A stretch of DNA of 64,000 nucleotides. Source: Lama guanicoe (lineage: Eukaryota). The stretch is taken from the NCBI GenBank assembly GCA_013239625.1, contig MU053934.1, forward strand, positions 8,329,352 to 8,393,351, in the 5' to 3' direction. The position numbers were made by a program, and so were the translations under genes. Of the stretch, positions 63,570 through 64,000 are shown in pieces (position 1 is the stretch's first letter; each line of letters begins with the position of its first letter). The notes below the pieces were generated by a model. It did not search any database, was not told the origin of the DNA, and saw only the letters and a list, made by a program, of their open reading frames with translations.

Positions 63570-64000
63570 GAGAACAGATGGCCAACAGGCACATGAAAAG
63601 ATCTCATTAATTGTCAGAGAAATGTAAATCAAAACTATAATAAGACATCACCTCACACCTGTCAGAATGGCCATCATTAAAAAGTCTACAAATGATAAAT
63701 GCTGTAGAGGATGTGGCGAAAGGGGAGCCCGCCTACACTGCTGGTGGGAATGTAAATTGGCACAGCCTCCATGGAGGACAGTATGGAGGTTCCTTAAAAA
63801 ATTGAAAATAGACTTACCATATGATCCAGCAATTCTACTCCTGGACATATATCCGGAGGAAAATATAATTCAAAAGACACATGCACCCAATGTTCACAGC
63901 AGCACTATTTACAATAGCCAAGACATGGAAACAGCCTAAATGTCCATCAGCCGATGATGGGATTAAGAGGCTGTGGTATATGTATATGTGGTGTGTACAC
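63570..64000 (+). mobile_element. LINE-1 ORF2 C-terminal/3' fragment
   Basis: [51 protein letters not shown]. Confidence 0.92.

Overview
Mammalian genomic DNA, most likely camelid (alpaca/llama/camel), inferred from four tRNA-derived SINEs resembling Vic-1. One protein-coding gene is supported: RTL6 (LDOC1L/SIRH3/Mart6), a domesticated Ty3/Gypsy (sushi-ichi-like) gag gene on the minus strand (CDS 50287-51006, 239 aa). It has a CpG-island promoter and a probable intron in the 5' UTR. The main observation is a frameshifted but collinear fossil of the ancestral pol gene downstream of the RTL6 stop codon (~48090-49800, minus strand). Hand translation gives protease-like, RT-finger, RT motif B, RT thumb and possibly RNase H segments in the expected order, and the RTL6 C-terminus resembles a decayed zinc knuckle and gag-pol frameshift region. 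The rest is GC-rich non-coding DNA with old L2/MIR/MLT relics (1-32.4 kb) and two AT-rich, L1-dense blocks (32.5-42.8 kb, 52-64 kb). Also present: a perfect (GGGGGC)22 tract, a solo LTR with no target-site duplication between two inverted L1s, nested L1 insertions with clear TSDs, and several candidate enhancers. Repeat family names and protein consensus comparisons are from memory, not from database searches; repeat boundaries are approximate.
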